Positions 37,886 to 52,439 of a stretch of 64,000 bases of DNA are shown in pieces. Source of the DNA: Macrostomum lignano (taxonomy: Eukaryota). The translations under genes were made by a program, and so were the position numbers. The notes beneath the pieces were generated by a model, which saw only the letters and a list, made by a program, of their open reading frames with translations, did not search any database and was not told where the DNA came from. Every line of letters begins with the position of its first letter. Position 1 is the first letter of the stretch. Where the stretch lies: the NCBI GenBank assembly GCA_002269645.1, contig NIVC01003304.1, positions 1-64,000 on the forward strand, written 5' to 3'.

Positions 37886-38730
37886 TACCGGGGCACAGCT
37901 TGCCCACATGTAGATCTATAGCTAGAGATATGAAACTGCAGGAATACAAGATTCTTCATGGTCTGCTGCTCTGTCTCAAACTAAAAGCCCCAAAAAAGCA
38001 ATTGTCTCTCATTCTTTTGTCAGGTTAAGCTACAGTACGCCAATCCTGATTTTCACCAATTCCGAGGTAGTTGCTCCAGGGCAGTTTGGTCCGCTTCGCC
38101 TGGTAGAACAACAACAGTAATCATGCTACTTTCCGCTGCGATAATGCTAAAAGATAATTCTGCGTTGTATTTTCAGGACTTCACAAAACTTGGGATTTGT
38201 GACAAATTGGCTTAGCTGCATACATGGAACAGCGCTAGACAATAGAATTACAGGATAATGGGGGGTGAAACGCGTCCTCTCAGACAAACAAAAGAAGAAA
38301 AGGCATGGGCTTGGATGATACAAGCAACAATGATAAATGATACAATTTGCAAGAAAGAGGGAGGCGGAATCCTGAAAATTTGTTATTCAGTACAAGGAAT
38401 TCTTAAGCGGAGTTCAATTCAGATTGTTCAGAACCCAAAGGAGGCCTTAAAAAGCAAACAGTTTATGGACAAAAAGTGAAATTTCGGATATCAATGGCAT
38501 AGGTGGGTCCAATTTATTGAATAAAATTTAGCAACAGTCTGTCGTTTCCAAGAATGGATATGTTCTGCAGGGGGCGAAGGGACAGTTGTACAGAAAACAC
38601 ACAAAACATCAGTTTGCCACGCACAAACTACTCGGAAGAGACAATAATTTCATAAAGCAAAAAAAGCTTTAAAAAAGCCTGACTAAAATGGTCTTTCAAC
38701 TTTCATGTGCCCCGTGATATTGGAGTTGAA

Positions 38731-41700
38731 TTAGCCGAACTGGTGGCTTATCAGATCGGTGGGCGGATACATTGCGTGCTGGTACAGCATCATGTCTGAG
38801 GCTGCGTTTTCACGTTGTGGCACTGGAATGTGCTGCTGAGGCTGCTGCTGATGATGATACTGCATCAAGTGCTCGCCCCGCTGTTGTCCGTGAAAATGTT
38901 GTTGTTGTTGCTGTTTCTGCTTCAAAGCCTTCGGCGTTTTCGGCTTCGGCGTTGTGGACAGCTGGGGCGGCGGCGTCGGGTAGGCTCTCTGTCCGGCCCG
39001 CAGCGGCATCGGGTACACCAGATTGCCGCCCGGCTGGTCACCGCCTGACACTTTGCGGGCCAGCCGATTGGCAGCTTCAGTTGCATGAGCCTGCTCCAGC
39101 TGCTGTTGGTGCTGCTGCTGTCCAAGCCACGAGGGAGGCAAGTGTGGCGCAGCCTGGAGCTGACCCTGCTGCTGCTGCCGCATGTGCTGCTGCAGCTGGT
39201 TATGTCTGCCTGGCAATTGGGGCTGCATATAGCGGCCATAGCCTTGTCCGGGCATTGGCGACTGACCGGGCGGTTTGACCACGGGCGAATAGTCCAGCAT
39301 CTGGTGGTAGCGGCTCGAATAGCAGCTCGACTGGTCATCGCCGTAGTTTGCGTAGGGCACGCCGCGGAATGATCCACTGGATGCTGCCGCCGCCGCCGCC
39401 GCAGCAGATGACTGGCGATTGCGCTGGTTCATGTAAGGAGGCGGTGGCGACCAGGGATAGCCGTGAGAAGACATTTGTGCTTGTGGCGGAGGCGGCAGAC
39501 TGGGTGCAGTAGGACCAGCCGCTGCTGCTGCAGCTACAGCAGCCGCAGCCGCAGCAGCCGCCTGCGATGTCATGGGATGCGCTGGCAGGAACGGCGATGG
39601 CGGCGGCAGCGGGGTCGGCGGCGGCGGTGGTGGGCCTCGCCGAGGCTGCTTTGACGTAGTCGGTCCTTGCGTCAGTTGCTGCGTGCCTGTCCAATCAAAG
39701 TTGCCTGGAATCTGCGAACCCGGCGACTGCGACTGTTGTCTTGGAATGTGGCGCTGCGGCTGTGGCGGCGGCGGCTGCTGTCGCTGCAGGTGCGAATAGG
39801 AATGTTGATAGCTCTGCTGCTGGCCGTACGGGTGAGCCTGCTGCTGATGCTGCTTAGCGAACCCCGGCGGTCCGGTGTGGCTCAGGAAGGACCTGGCTGG
39901 TTCTCGGGCCGGATAGCCGCTAGGCGAAACCGTAGTGCTGCAGTTGAAGCGCTGATTCTGCACGCCGCCGGTGGGATACATCGGATGCTGGACTCCGCAG
40001 CGCTGCATCATTCTCTCCTCTTCGGTTAAATCAATGGATAGCGGCTGCCGCTGAGGCTGAGGATGCCGCTGCTGCTGCTGTTGTTGCGGATGTGGATAGC
40101 AGTAAGGCGGAAGTTGCTGCTGCGACTGCGGCTGCTGCGGCTGCTGCTGTTTCTGCTTCTGTTGATGATGCTGCAGATGCTGCTGCACCTGCTGCAGATA
40201 GGCAGCTGTGCTACTCGCGAAAGTTTCGCCGTCGACAGATGGAGAATCAGCGACCGCTGCTTTGCGCTTGTTGTACTTTCTTTTCTGTTGACGCGTTGCC
40301 AGTTGTTCCTCGGGCGTTAAGCTGCTTTGTTGTTGCAGCTGTTGCCGTTTTTGCTGCTTTTGCTGCCTCTTCTGTGGCCGCTTTGGCTTTTCCTGAGTTG
40401 TCTTTTGCAGCTGCGGAGGACCGCCGCCGTCGCCTTCGCCGCTGCCGCCGCTGCCGCCCAGGCTCGCTTCGGCAGCTTCAGCGATAACAGCCGAGAGTGT
40501 TTTGGTCACCGACTTTCCGACATCAGACTGCACCGTCAGGGTTGGCGGCGATGGAGTCTTTATTGACGGCCGGGTCGGCTGTGCTGTCTGCAGCTGCTGG
40601 GACCCGGCGGCGTCGACGGCGGCCGAACCGCACGCCGAATCGCCGGCGACGATTTGCCTGGCTGAGTTGTCTTTGAAGCCGGCGGCTTCGACAACAGCAG
40701 AGGCCGGCCGGTCAGCTCTGGACGTGGCGCCCTCCAAGGCGGGCACCGGCGTCCCCGGCTGCCCCGCAGTCTCGGGATTTTCCTCGTCCTCGCCGTCGCG
40801 GCAAACCGGCGGCACGGCCAGCACCGGCGCCTCCTTGCGTCTCAGCGACAGAGGCGCTGCGGGGTTGATCAGCGGGAGGGGCTGCGGTGACGCTGGGCAG
40901 GGAGGGGCGGGTTGAGGAGAACAGAAGGTCAACACCATTAGATTTGATTCTCCGCCCAGCTTCATCCAATCCTATCTAGCACGGAAAATTTCAGTCATTT
41001 TAATGAGTCCAGTTAAGTTCCTTTCCCGGGAAAATTTATTTTGAATGTCATATAGAAAAGCCGCTGAGAAAAGGGGAGAATTTTTTTCTTATTGCAATCC
41101 TTTCCCGCTAAAAAGGCGCGAGTGCAGGGATAAAACTAGGTGAGGAAATAATCCCCGGGCACATTGCAATTTGTCTTTGAAACTTATGTTTAAAGGCCTG
41201 TTGGATTCTTGCATTTTTCAGTCCCTATTGACTAAGAAGAAGTCAAGAGGATCAATGGTTCTTTTCTTCGAACCGCTGGGAGAGCCGAGTAGTTTTTTTA
41301 TGCCAGTCAACAATAGCCGTTCTCCCAACAATGGGTGAGTATTCATTCGCTGGACAGCTGTGCGCGCCCCCGTCCCTGTTTGCAGTTGTTGTGTAAACTG
41401 CATATCAGACTGGATCAGCGCTGCCGCTTATATTGCTTATTATCGATCGGCGAAACGAGTTTGGGCGATCCTAGGAAAAATCGATTTATCCCGATATCTT
41501 TGGTCCTGGGCTTATAGCCTCCCAGTTCGATGTGCACTCTCTCCGTTGAGTGGCCATCGAAGCTAATACTTATTATTCGCATTCGCTTCAATAGAATCGA
41601 TCCCTGGGGTAAGCGGAACACAACGGGGTGGCTGCCTGTTGTTCTTGCTTGGCTTTGGCTAACTGAGTGCGTTTTCAGAACCCCACAGTATCTGTGTGCG

Positions 41701-44700
41701 CTCGGAGAGTAAGAGAGGCCGTCCACGAGCGTAAGACTGGAATGCTAGTGCCACTGTCTGAAAATCCGGTTCCGGTTTATCCGGTTCCGGTTCATCCGGT
41801 TCCGGTTTATCCGGCTCCGATTCATCCGGTTCCGGTTTATCCGGCTCCGATTCATCCGGTTCCGGTTCATCCGGTTCCAGTTTATCCGGTTCCGGTTCAT
41901 CCGGTTCCGGTTTATCCGGCTCCGATTCATCCGGTTCCGGTTCATCCGGTTCCAGTTTATCCGGTTCCGGTTCATCCGGTTCCGGTTTATCCGGCTCCGA
42001 TTCATCCGGTTCCGGTTTATCCGGCTCCGATTCATCCGGTTCCGGTTCATCCGGTTCCAGTTTATCCGGTTCCGGTTCATCCGGTTCCGGTTTATCCGGC
42101 TCCGATTCATCCGGTTCCGGTTCATCCGGTTCCAGTTTATCCGGTTCCGGTTTATCCGGTTCCGGTTTATCCGGTTCCGGTTTATCCGGTTCCGGTTTAT
42201 CCGGTTCCGGTTTGTCCGGTTCCGGTTTGTCCGGTTCCGGTTTGTCTGGTTCCGGTTCATCCGGTTCCGGTTTGTCAGGTTCTGGATTATCTGGATCACG
42301 TCTGTTTTTTGCGAGAATTAATCAAAAATGGATGTCATGAACTCTTCGTGTGGCTCCTCAGTTAGGAAGAAAACCCGGAACCGGACCGGAAAATAACGAT
42401 GACGAACCCAGCCTAAATAAATAGTTATTCAGCTACCTAATATTAGCGAATCGAGCCTACTGCACTCACGAGACCGAGTGGACGGATCCTTGCTATCGCT
42501 GTCCTGCACGAGGCGTCGCTTTTTCAACGGCAGGGCCTTCTCGTAGGCATCGGCGTCCTGGCCGCTTCGAATCCGGCGCTTCTCCTCCGGCGCGGCTTCG
42601 TCGGGCGGCGGCGGCGGCGGTGTCGGCGGCGTCGGAGCCTGAGCTGTCGGGACCGCCTGCTGCGACTGTCTGTCGGGCTTGCTGAAGTATCCGCGATGTG
42701 GGGGAGAACAAGGTGCTAGAGGTAATTAGAACCATTACTTACCCAGATTAATAGATGAAAATCTTCAAAGAAAAGTCCCAGTTTCAAGGTGTGAATATTA
42801 GTAATTCACCTGTCAGCTTTCGGCGAATACGGACTGTCGCCCAGGATGAAGCCCTGCTCCTCCGCGCCGTCCTCCTCCTCCTCTTCCTCATCCGCGTCCG
42901 CGTCTCCATCGCAAGCCTCCGCCTCTGCAGCGTCGCAGCTGTCGCCTTCCTTGCCGACCTCCCTGGCAGCTTCGGCCAGCCGCCTGACGTCAACAATTCG
43001 CAGAGTCGGCACTTGGCGCCGGTCGCCGTCCGGCGAGGTCGAATAGCAGACGCGGAACTGACGGTTTTCTGACGGCGACTCTCCGGTGCTCTGCAGCTTC
43101 TGCTCAAACCAGTTGTGGTGCGGCAGCGACTGGCGCAGCACCGCCTCGGCTGACGGCGCCGTCGCCTGTTGATTCTTCGTCGGGTGCTGCTTCTTCCTGC
43201 TGTTCCGCCTGCCGCCGCCTGCCGCCTGCTGCGAACTCGATGGCGCGGCGGCCGAGGACTCCATGGCTTGCCGCGGCGGCGACTTGCCTGATGTCTCTGA
43301 CGCCGCTTCCGCTACTGCGGCGGATGTCTCCTCGTCCGCTTCTCCCGGCTGATGCTGCCCGTCCACCGCTGGCGCTGCAAGTAACCGGAGAGGGGGTTCG
43401 ATCGGGAGGGAATTAAGCAGGAATTAAGAGGGAGTTATTTATTTATCCTGTGAGGCCGCTGTCTTCACCCCTACCTACTTCCGCTGCCTCTCTTTCTCTC
43501 AAACCCCTACTCAGCCATCTGACCGGAAATGGCGATACGGGTGGGGGCTGGGGTGGAAAACAAAATAATGGGATAATGCTTCCGCTCTGCCTACCTTCGT
43601 ATCGGCTTGACTGGGTGGGAAATTCTAGAGACAAAACTGAGCATTGAGGAAGCACCGTTTTAATCGTAAACCAACGCGGGTGCTTCCGATATGAGCATAA
43701 AAATTTTGTATAAGATAATTCGCTGAGATATTCCTAGCTATTCAGTAGGCCAGGCCAGCCACACACAGATGGATCCAAGTCAAAATCTGCCAGAATACCA
43801 TTTCGCGAAATGCTTGGTTTGACCATTTTGTTCAAGAATATATATTGCTTTCCTGTGCCTGTTTGTGCTTCAGTTCGTATTCTATGCATGCATAGTGTCT
43901 CAGTGCTACTCGTGCTTTCCCACTCGCATCTGCGCTGCGTCTCACTGATCTCTTGTTTTCATCTACTCTCCGTCTCTCTCATCTACTCTCGGTCTCTTTA
44001 ATCTACTCTCGGTCTCTTTAATCTACTCTCGGTCTCTCTAATCTACTCTCCGTCTCTCTCATCTACTCTCGTTCTCTTTAATCTACTCTCCGTCTCTTTA
44101 ATCTACTCTCGGTCTCTTTAATCTACTCTCCGTCTCTTTAATCTACTCTCGGTCTCTCTAATCTACTCTGCGTCTCTCTAATCTACTCTGCGTCTCTCTA
44201 ATCTACTCTGAATCTCTCTAATCTACTTTGAGTCTCTCTAATCTACTCTCCATCTTTCTAATCTACTCTCGGTCTCTCTAATCTACTCTGCGTCTCTCTA
44301 ATCTACTCTCCATCTTTCTAATCTCCTCTGCGTCTCTCTAATCTACTCTGCGTCTCTCTAATCTACTCTGAATCTCTCTAATCTACTTTGAGTCTCTCTA
44401 ATCTACTCTCCATCTTTCTAATCTACTCTCGGTCTCTCTAATCTACTCTGCGTCTCTCTAATCTACTCTCCATCTTTCTAATCTCCTCTGCGTCTCTCTA
44501 ATCTACTCTGCGTCTCTCTAATCTACTCTCCATCTTTCTAATCTACTCTCGGTCTCTCTAATCTACTCTCCGTCTCTCTAATCTACTCTCGGTCTCTCTA
44601 ATCTACTCTCGGTCTCTTTAATCTACTCTCCGTCTCTCTCATCTACTCTCCATCTTTCTAATCTACTCTCGGTCTCTTTAATCTACTCTCCGTCTCTCTA

Positions 44701-47700
44701 ATCTACTCTCGGTCTCTTTAATCTACTCTCCGTCTCTTTAATCTACTCTCGGTCTCTCTAATCTACTCTCCGTCTCTCTCATCTACTCTCGTTCTCTTTA
44801 ATCTACTCTCCGTCTCTTTAATCTACTCTCGGTCTCTTTAATCTACTCTCCGTCTCTTTAATCTACTCTCGGTCTCTCTAATCTACTCTGCGTCTCTCTA
44901 ATCTACTCTGCGTCTCTCTAATCTACTCTGAATCTCTCTAATCTACTTTGAGTCTCTCTAATCTACTCTCCATCTTTCTAATCTACTCTCGGTCTCTCTA
45001 ATCTACTCTGCGTCTCTCTAATCTACTCTCCATCTTTCTAATCTCCTCTGCGTCTCTCTAATCTACTCTGCGTCTCTCTAATCTACTCTGAATCTCTCTA
45101 ATCTACTTTGAGTCTCTCTAATCTACTCTCCATCTTTCTAATCTACTCTCGGTCTCTCTAATCTACTCTGCGTCTCTCTAATCTACTCTCCATCTTTCTA
45201 ATCTCCTCTGCGTCTCTCTAATCTACTCTGCGTCTCTCTAATCTACTCTCCATCTTTCTAATCTACTCTCGGTCTCTCTAATCTACTCTCCGTCTCTCTA
45301 ATCTACTCTCGGTCTCTCTAATCTACTCTCGGTCTCTTTAATCTACTCTCCGTCTCTCTCATCTACTCTCCATCTTTCTAATCTACTCTCGGTCTCTTTA
45401 ATCTACTCTCCGTCTCTCTAATCTACTCTCGGTCTCTTTAATCTACTCTCAGTCTCTCTAATCTACTCTCCGTCTCTCTCATCTACTCTCGGTCTCTTTA
45501 ATCTACTCTCGGTCTCTTTAATCTACTCTCGGTCTCTCTAATCTACTCTCCGTCTCTCTCATCTACTCTAGGTCTCTTTAATCTACTCTCCGTCTCTCTC
45601 ATCTACTCTCGGTCTCTTTCATCTACTCTGAGTCTGTCTAATCTACTCTCGGTCTCTCTAATCTACTCTCGGTCTCTCTAATCTACTCTCGGTCTCTCTA
45701 ATCTACTCTCGGTCTCTCTAATCTACTCTCGGTCTCTTTAATCTACTCTCGGTCTCTTTAATCTACTCTCGGTCTCTCTAATCTATTCTCCGTCTCTCTC
45801 ATCTACTCTAGGTTTCTTTAATCTACTTACCGTCTCTCTCATCTACTCTAGGTCTCTTTAATCTACTCTCCGTCTCTCTCATCTACTCTCGGTCTCTTTC
45901 ATCTACTCTGAGTCTGTCTAATCTACTCTCGGTCTCTTTCATCTACTCTGAGTCTGTCTAATCTACTCTCGGTCTCTCTAATCTACTCTCGGTCTCTCTA
46001 ATCTACTCTCGGTCTCTCTCATCTACTCTCGGTCTCTTTAATCTACTCACGGTCTCTTTAATCTACTCTCGGTCTCTCTAATCTACTCTCCGTCTCTCTC
46101 ATCTACTCTAGGTCTCTTTAATCTACTCTCCGTCTCTCTCATCTACTCTCGGTCTCTTTCATCTACTCCGAGTCTGTCTAATCTACTCTCGGTCTCTCTA
46201 ATCTACTCTCGGTCTCTCTAATCTACTCTCGGTCTCTCTAATCTACTCTCCGTCTCTATCATCTACTCTCGGTCTCTTTAATCTACTCTCGGTCTCTTTA
46301 ATCTACTCTCGGTCTCTCTAATCTATTCTCCGTCTCTCTCATCTACTCTAGGTTTCTTTAATCTACTCACCGTCTCTCTCATCTACTCTAGGTCTCTTTA
46401 ATCTACTCTCCGTCTCTCTCATCTACTCTCGGTCTCTTTCATCTACTCTGAGTCTGTCTAATCTACTCTCGGTCTCTTTCATCTACTCTGAGTCTGTCTA
46501 ATCTACTCTCGGTCTCTCTAATCTACTCTCGGTCTCTCTAATCTACTCTCGGTCTCTCTCATCTACTCTCGGTCTCTTTAATCTACTCACGGTCTCTTTA
46601 ATCTACTCTCGGTCTCTCTAATCTACTCTCCGTCTCTCTCATCTACTCTCGGTCCCTTTAATCTACTCTCGGTCTATTTCATCTACTCTCGGTCTCTCTA
46701 ATCTACTCTCGGTCTCTCTAATCTACTCTGAATCTCTCTCATCTACTCTGCGTCTCTCTAATCTACTCTGAATCTCTCTAGTCTACTCTCCATCTTTTCA
46801 ATCTACTCTCGGTCTCTCTAATCTACTCTCGGTCTCTTTCATCTACTCTGAGTCTGTCTAATCTACTCTCGGTCTCTCTAATCTACTCTGAATCTGTCTC
46901 ATCTACTCTCGGTCTCTCTAATCTACTCTCGGTCTCTCTAATCTACTCTCGGTCTCTCTCATCTACTCTCGGTCTCTTTAATCTACTCACGGTCTCTTTA
47001 ATCTACTCTCGGTCTCTCTAATCTACTCTCCGTCTCTCTCATCTACTCTCGGTCCCTTTAATCTACTCTCGGTCTATTTCATCTACTCTCGGTCTCTCTA
47101 ATCTACTCTCGGTCTCTCTAATCTACTCTGAATCTCTCTCATCTACTCTGCGTCTCTCTAATCTACTCTGAGTCTCTCTAATCTACTCTCCATCTTTCTA
47201 ATCTCCTCTGCGTCTCTCTAATCTACTCTGCGTCTCTCTAATCTACTCTCGGTCTCTCTAATCTACTCTCCATCTCTATAATCTACTCTGAATCTCTCTA
47301 ATCTACTCTGCGTCTCTCTAATCTACTCTGATTCTCTCTAATCTATTCTGCGTCTCTCTAATCTACTCTCGGTCTCTCTAATCTACTCTCCGTCTCTCTC
47401 ATCTACTCTCGGTCTCTTTAATCTACTCTCGGTCTCTTTCATCTACTCTGAGTCTGTCTAATCTACTCTCGGTCTCTCTAATCTACTCTGAGTCTCTCTA
47501 ATCTACTCTGAATCTCTCTCATCTACTCTGCGTCTCTCTAATCTACTCTCCATCTTTCTAATCTACTCTCCATCTCTCTAATCTACTCTCGGTCTCTCTA
47601 ATCTACTCTCCATCTCTCTAATCTACTCTCCGTCTCTCTCATCTACTCTCGGTCTCTCTAATCTACTCTCCATCCCTCTACTCTACTCTCCATCTTTTTA

Positions 47701-49255
47701 ATCTACTCTCCATCTCTTTAATCTACTCTGAGTCTGTCTAATCTACTCTCGGTCTCTCAAATCTACTCTGAATCTCTCAAATCTACTCTGAATCTCTCTA
47801 ATCTACTCTGCGTCTCTCTAATCTATTCAGCGTCTCTCTAATCTACTCTCCGTCTCTCTATTATTTATATCTCCGTCTCATATATTTATATTTATAGCTG
47901 CAAAGATGGCGGCATTCAATTAAAGTACAAAATCTACTTTCAAAAGCTGGTCTCCTTACGAGAGCCGGCCCGTTGTGACGCGCAACTTTACTTCATCTAA
48001 TTTTGAATAAATAAATTGCCTGTTGTAAAAACGGGACCCATCCGCCTACAAGTGGACATTAAGTTTTGAATATTTAATGCCCAATATCTAAGCGTTTTTG
48101 AGATAATTTTTCCAGCCTCAAAATTTTGACAGTTAAAAAAATAAACTTGGCCTCCTTGTTAAAAAAATAAACTTGGCCTCCTTGGCCTATCAATGTCTCC
48201 CCTCCCCAATTCCCATTTGCTAGGCTGGGCAATTTATATTTCATATTTGATTGTCTATTAATTTTCCCGGCCCGTTCCGGTTCAGCAGCAGTTGTCCCGC
48301 ATTGGCATCTGAGGGGGTTGGCGCCACCCCCCCCATCCGCGCTTTTGAGCGCAGATCCATCAGGTCATTTAATAATTCATAAGTCCGCGGAGGATTTGGG
48401 GCCTCCGCCGCGCTACTCAAACGCTACCTGCTTCTACCTGCCTGCAACAATGACTGGAGCTCTTCCGCAACCGGGGGGGGGGGCATCCACTTGAAAATTT
48501 CAACTGTGGGCGCCGTGTTTCAACTAAAAAAGTTTTCTCTATGTGTCGACTCAAGCAAATCCTTGTTGAAGCAATTCGCCTTTTTTCCCTCTCAAACAAT
48601 GTCTGCAACAGTTTCTGCTTGTGTTGATCGATTTCTTCCTCAACTCCGGCTGAAACTTTTGCAAATTTTCTTTAAAGACAACAACTGACAGCGACTTCTG
48701 GGGGCTCCATCGGGCCAGTCAAGACGGCAAGCCAGGAGGAGAAAAAATGAGATTGCCCTCCGATGCGGTCCAGTGGGCGCGCGCTTGAATTGTCGTAAAA
48801 GCGAATTCAGCGAAGTCACGCAGCGCGCAGCGGCGCTCAGTCGTGTCGAACGCAGGCACCGCCTCACTCCGCGGGATGCCTCAGTAAATGCGGAATCCTT
48901 TTTTGATGGGGAGCATACCGAGAGAGCAATAATAGCTGATTTCTGGTAGACACAGTACTACCACAGTACTCGCTCGGATTCTAGATTCTCGATTGCGATT
49001 CTCGCCAAGATGAGAAATGAATATACGCTCGTAGAGAAACGAAAAGAGCAACTCACCTGTCGTTGAGCAGGTGTCCAGCTCGTCAACCACCGTGAACTCC
49101 TCTTCCATTGAGGTTGTGCAGTCGGAGTCTTCGCCGACTGTTAAGGCAGCTGACGCGCTGTCCGAGTCGAAACTGCGCTGTTGCTGCGGCTGTTGATGCT
49201 GCTGCTGGTTCTTGTCCAGCACCCTCTGGTAGCTGGCGCTCTCTGCCTGGCACAT
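38731..49255 (-). CDS. Large Q/P/A/S-rich intrinsically disordered protein (1045 aa model), family unknown
   Basis: Exons 49255-49057, 43374-42810, 42681-42470 and 40892-38731; GT-AG junction phases match (1, 2, 1); sum 3138 nt = 1046 codons. Basic motifs PLKKRRL and RKYNKRK. Additional symmetric exons cannot be excluded. Confidence 0.7.
41765..42290. repeat. 15-bp tandem repeat rich in CCGG (intron 3 of the Q-rich gene)
   Basis: Unit (T/C)ATCCGGTTCCGGTT; explains the PVHPV and NRNRM pseudo-ORFs. Confidence 0.95.
43961..47860. repeat. 3.9-kb 20-bp satellite with higher-order duplications (intron 1 of the Q-rich gene)
   Basis: ATCTACTCTCGGTCTCTCTA x195 in unbroken 20-bp phase; 44041-44730 is identical to 44761-45450. 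Confidence 0.97.
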
Positions 49256-52200
49256 GACTTTTACAAGAGGCAGCGCAACAGGTGGGCGGGGAGTTTGAGA
49301 GAAGCACTGGAGAGGAGCGAAGTGAGCTTAGCTAGTTAGCGCTGGGCAATGAATGCTACTCTTCGCTCAAGGGAGACCCCGATAGAAGCTGCCGGGGAGG
49401 GGCTGAGAAATTTCTTTTTTTGTCTCTCCACTCCGCGCGATTTGTATTTCAATCCGATCTCCACTCCCTTCAGCTGCTTCTGGCAGCAGCAAGCAGCAGT
49501 GCAGTACCTTCCGCTGGGCTGTCTCTCATTGGCGAGTGCGGGGGGTAAGGCAACAGGGCAAGGGTGGGACACATCTGACGTGTAACAGTTGGACAGGGTC
49601 TGCGTGGCTCCCCTTCTCTCCGCTCAGCCCAGCTGATGACGGGAAGCCGACTCTGGTGTGTGTGTGTGTGGTGTCTTCATCAGATTGGCTGGCCTGGATT
49701 CAATCAAGCCTTGTCTGCAGGGCCAAGGTTTGGAGTTTTGCAGCAACTTTGAATGCGTCTCGCTTTCTAGGCTCAGAGTTTTCCTTGGAGCTGTTCGGTG
49801 CCATTGTCACCGTTTCTATTTAACCGCTTCCTGTCTTGTCAGTCTGTTTTCGACTATTTTTGTCTCTTCTTCCTGCTCGAAGGCTCGGGGGAGAGGGGAT
49901 GTTGTTTCTTCGGGCAGTCGGTCGCATTTTACTTCCGTTTCGCAAATTTGCCTCAGTCTGCTGGTCTCTGTCAACGCTGCAACCCGGATGAGAGAAGTTT
50001 TCTATTTTTTTTGTTTCAACTCAGCAATCAAAACAGGTTCTGCCTGGGATTCTAGAAAATGTTTCACTTTGTGTACTATTCCCAGTGTGTGCTTAAGCAA
50101 CTGTAATCCCTGAGCACTGGGGTGATGGATATTTGTGACATTAAAAGACAGACATTGCTAGTCGAATGCAAACACAGATACCCCGCCGGTAATTTTTCAG
50201 TGAGCCGGTGTGCATTATGTGTCCCTGGCCTCTGGCAAACAGAGGGACTGCGGCAATCTGCCATCATCAGAGAGTCTGGGGCTTGATCGACAAATGGATG
50301 ACTGGGCATGGGTGCTAATCTGGTACCGGCTGTCAATATTTGATTTCTTAAGGAAAAAACATCACAGTCAAAGAATAGAGAGAGATGCTTAAAAGCAAAT
50401 TCTGCTGGCAATTTCTGCACTCTGTCAATAACAACAAAACAGAAGTCTGCTATATTGGCAACAATGTTTAAAAATGTTAAAACAAATCGATCCATTTTTT
50501 AAATCCATGAACTTTTCCAACTTTAGTTTGCAACGCTTTTTTATATTGGGGTATGAAATTACCGCCTTCTGCTTAGAGACTTTGCCTGGCATTCCGCAGG
50601 GCCTTGCTTATTCATTCATTAGCTCCTTCTGCCGTGTTTCTGCATCATCAGAGAATTTCACAATTTTTTAGTTGGAATTTTTCTTCATCAATAATTTGCC
50701 TTCCACCCCGGACAAGAGGGGGCTCTGAGCAAATAGAGCTAACTGGGGTATGAGAGACAAATGATGCCAGGGCTGGGTAACTCTGTCAGCTCCAACAGCG
50801 CATAGAACTCCGGCCCCGAAAGCGATGTGTTTGACAAGACAAAAAAACTCATTTATAATGACATGGGGTGATGCATAATGTGAGACAAAACAGGTGCGTC
50901 GCCTTGGTATGTCTTGCTTTAAAAATAAAGTGAGTGGCTGCATGCAACCATTCTTGAACCGTGAGCCGTCAGCAGCGGCGCCCCGGCCATTGTCATGCTT
51001 TGCCAGCGCCTGTCGGAGTTGCTTCGCTTGTTAACGGCAAATTGTTAAAGTGCAACAGGCCAAGACTTAAAATGTTAGCAGTTTGAAGTTAGAAACAGTT
51101 CATTGACACTAAAACTGACCCTGTATTTACCAGAAACAGATATTCATCTATGAATGTTTTCAGAATTTTAACAAATTTAAACTACAAGATGCTTTTCAGC
51201 GCGTTGATCCGCTGCCAATGACACAAACAGTTCGCTGACGGCTTCCGGCTTATGCCAGAGGTTGCAGCACCAGCCGCGGGGGGGGGGTTTCTTTGCCTCT
51301 GTCATAAGCAAAACGATAAACAGTTGTTACCGCGATAGCGTCATTGACTACGATAACCTGTGCTAGGCTTGTGAAGCATAAACAATTGTCCGCAACTGCA
51401 ATTTTACCAGTGTAGATTTGATAAATACGTAATTAAAATCAGCCAGTTCAATCTAGCCATGAGAGAGATATACGGTTTACGCTAACCTCGCATAACATAG
51501 TTTATGTTGCCACGCAATATAGTTATGACAAGTAATTTTACTATCATATAGTATTTGCATTGGTCAACTCAAGCTAATATTGAGCGCGGGAGCTGGGTGA
51601 GATTCAAAGTCATGTGACCTGCCAGCCAGCCAGCTGTGTATGAAATTAGCAACTCATACACAATAGCGCGGAGTTAAAGCTCACAAGCCCGCATCAGTTT
51701 TATAGCCAGGAGCTACCAAGTCACTCTAGCGTTATTCTCTATGTACAGGGAAGCCGATTTCAGGCGTCGAGGCACCCGATCGCCGCTGCTGCACCACCTC
51801 CTTGAATTGAAGCCTTTAAACAGACAGTCAGGGCTAAGGGGGGGTATAAAAAAACTGCAGCTGAGGGCAGCTGAAAGTTGGCGGGCCAGCTCTGTGAGGC
51901 AGCCGAGTGGGTTCCACCTCCGCAATTGTCAATTTTTTTTTAAAAGACTTGAGAAGCCGGTTGCGCGGCCCCCACCCCTGCCCAACCTCGCTCGAAGAGA
52001 AGTTTTGAATAAAATACGGAAGCAAGAGGGGATGCCATTGATTATTCTATCTGAGCTAAGCGCGTGGAGTGGGGCTATTGGAATACGGAGCTGGTGCTGG
52101 TCGCTATTGTGCCCTGCCGCAGACAGCTTGACCTACTAAACATTTCGCTGCGTCACTGCAGGCTCTCCCAGAAAGAACCTTAATAAACAAGCGTTTGAAG

Positions 52201-52439
52201 GACTGGCATAGCGACTGCTTCGGTGATATTGCAGGGTTTCTGGGTAGGGGGGGGTATTTTTTAAATTTCAAGCAGACATTGCTGAGCTGGCAAATTCTTA
52301 ATTGATTTGAATGTATTGAGTTTTGCCGTTCCTTATTTAGCTAAAGCTTGGTATGCTTAGTGAGGATTTCTATATTTCTGAGAAAGCATAGTGAAGATTA
52401 AGTAAATTTCTCTAAGAACTCTGAGTAATTTAAACTAAG

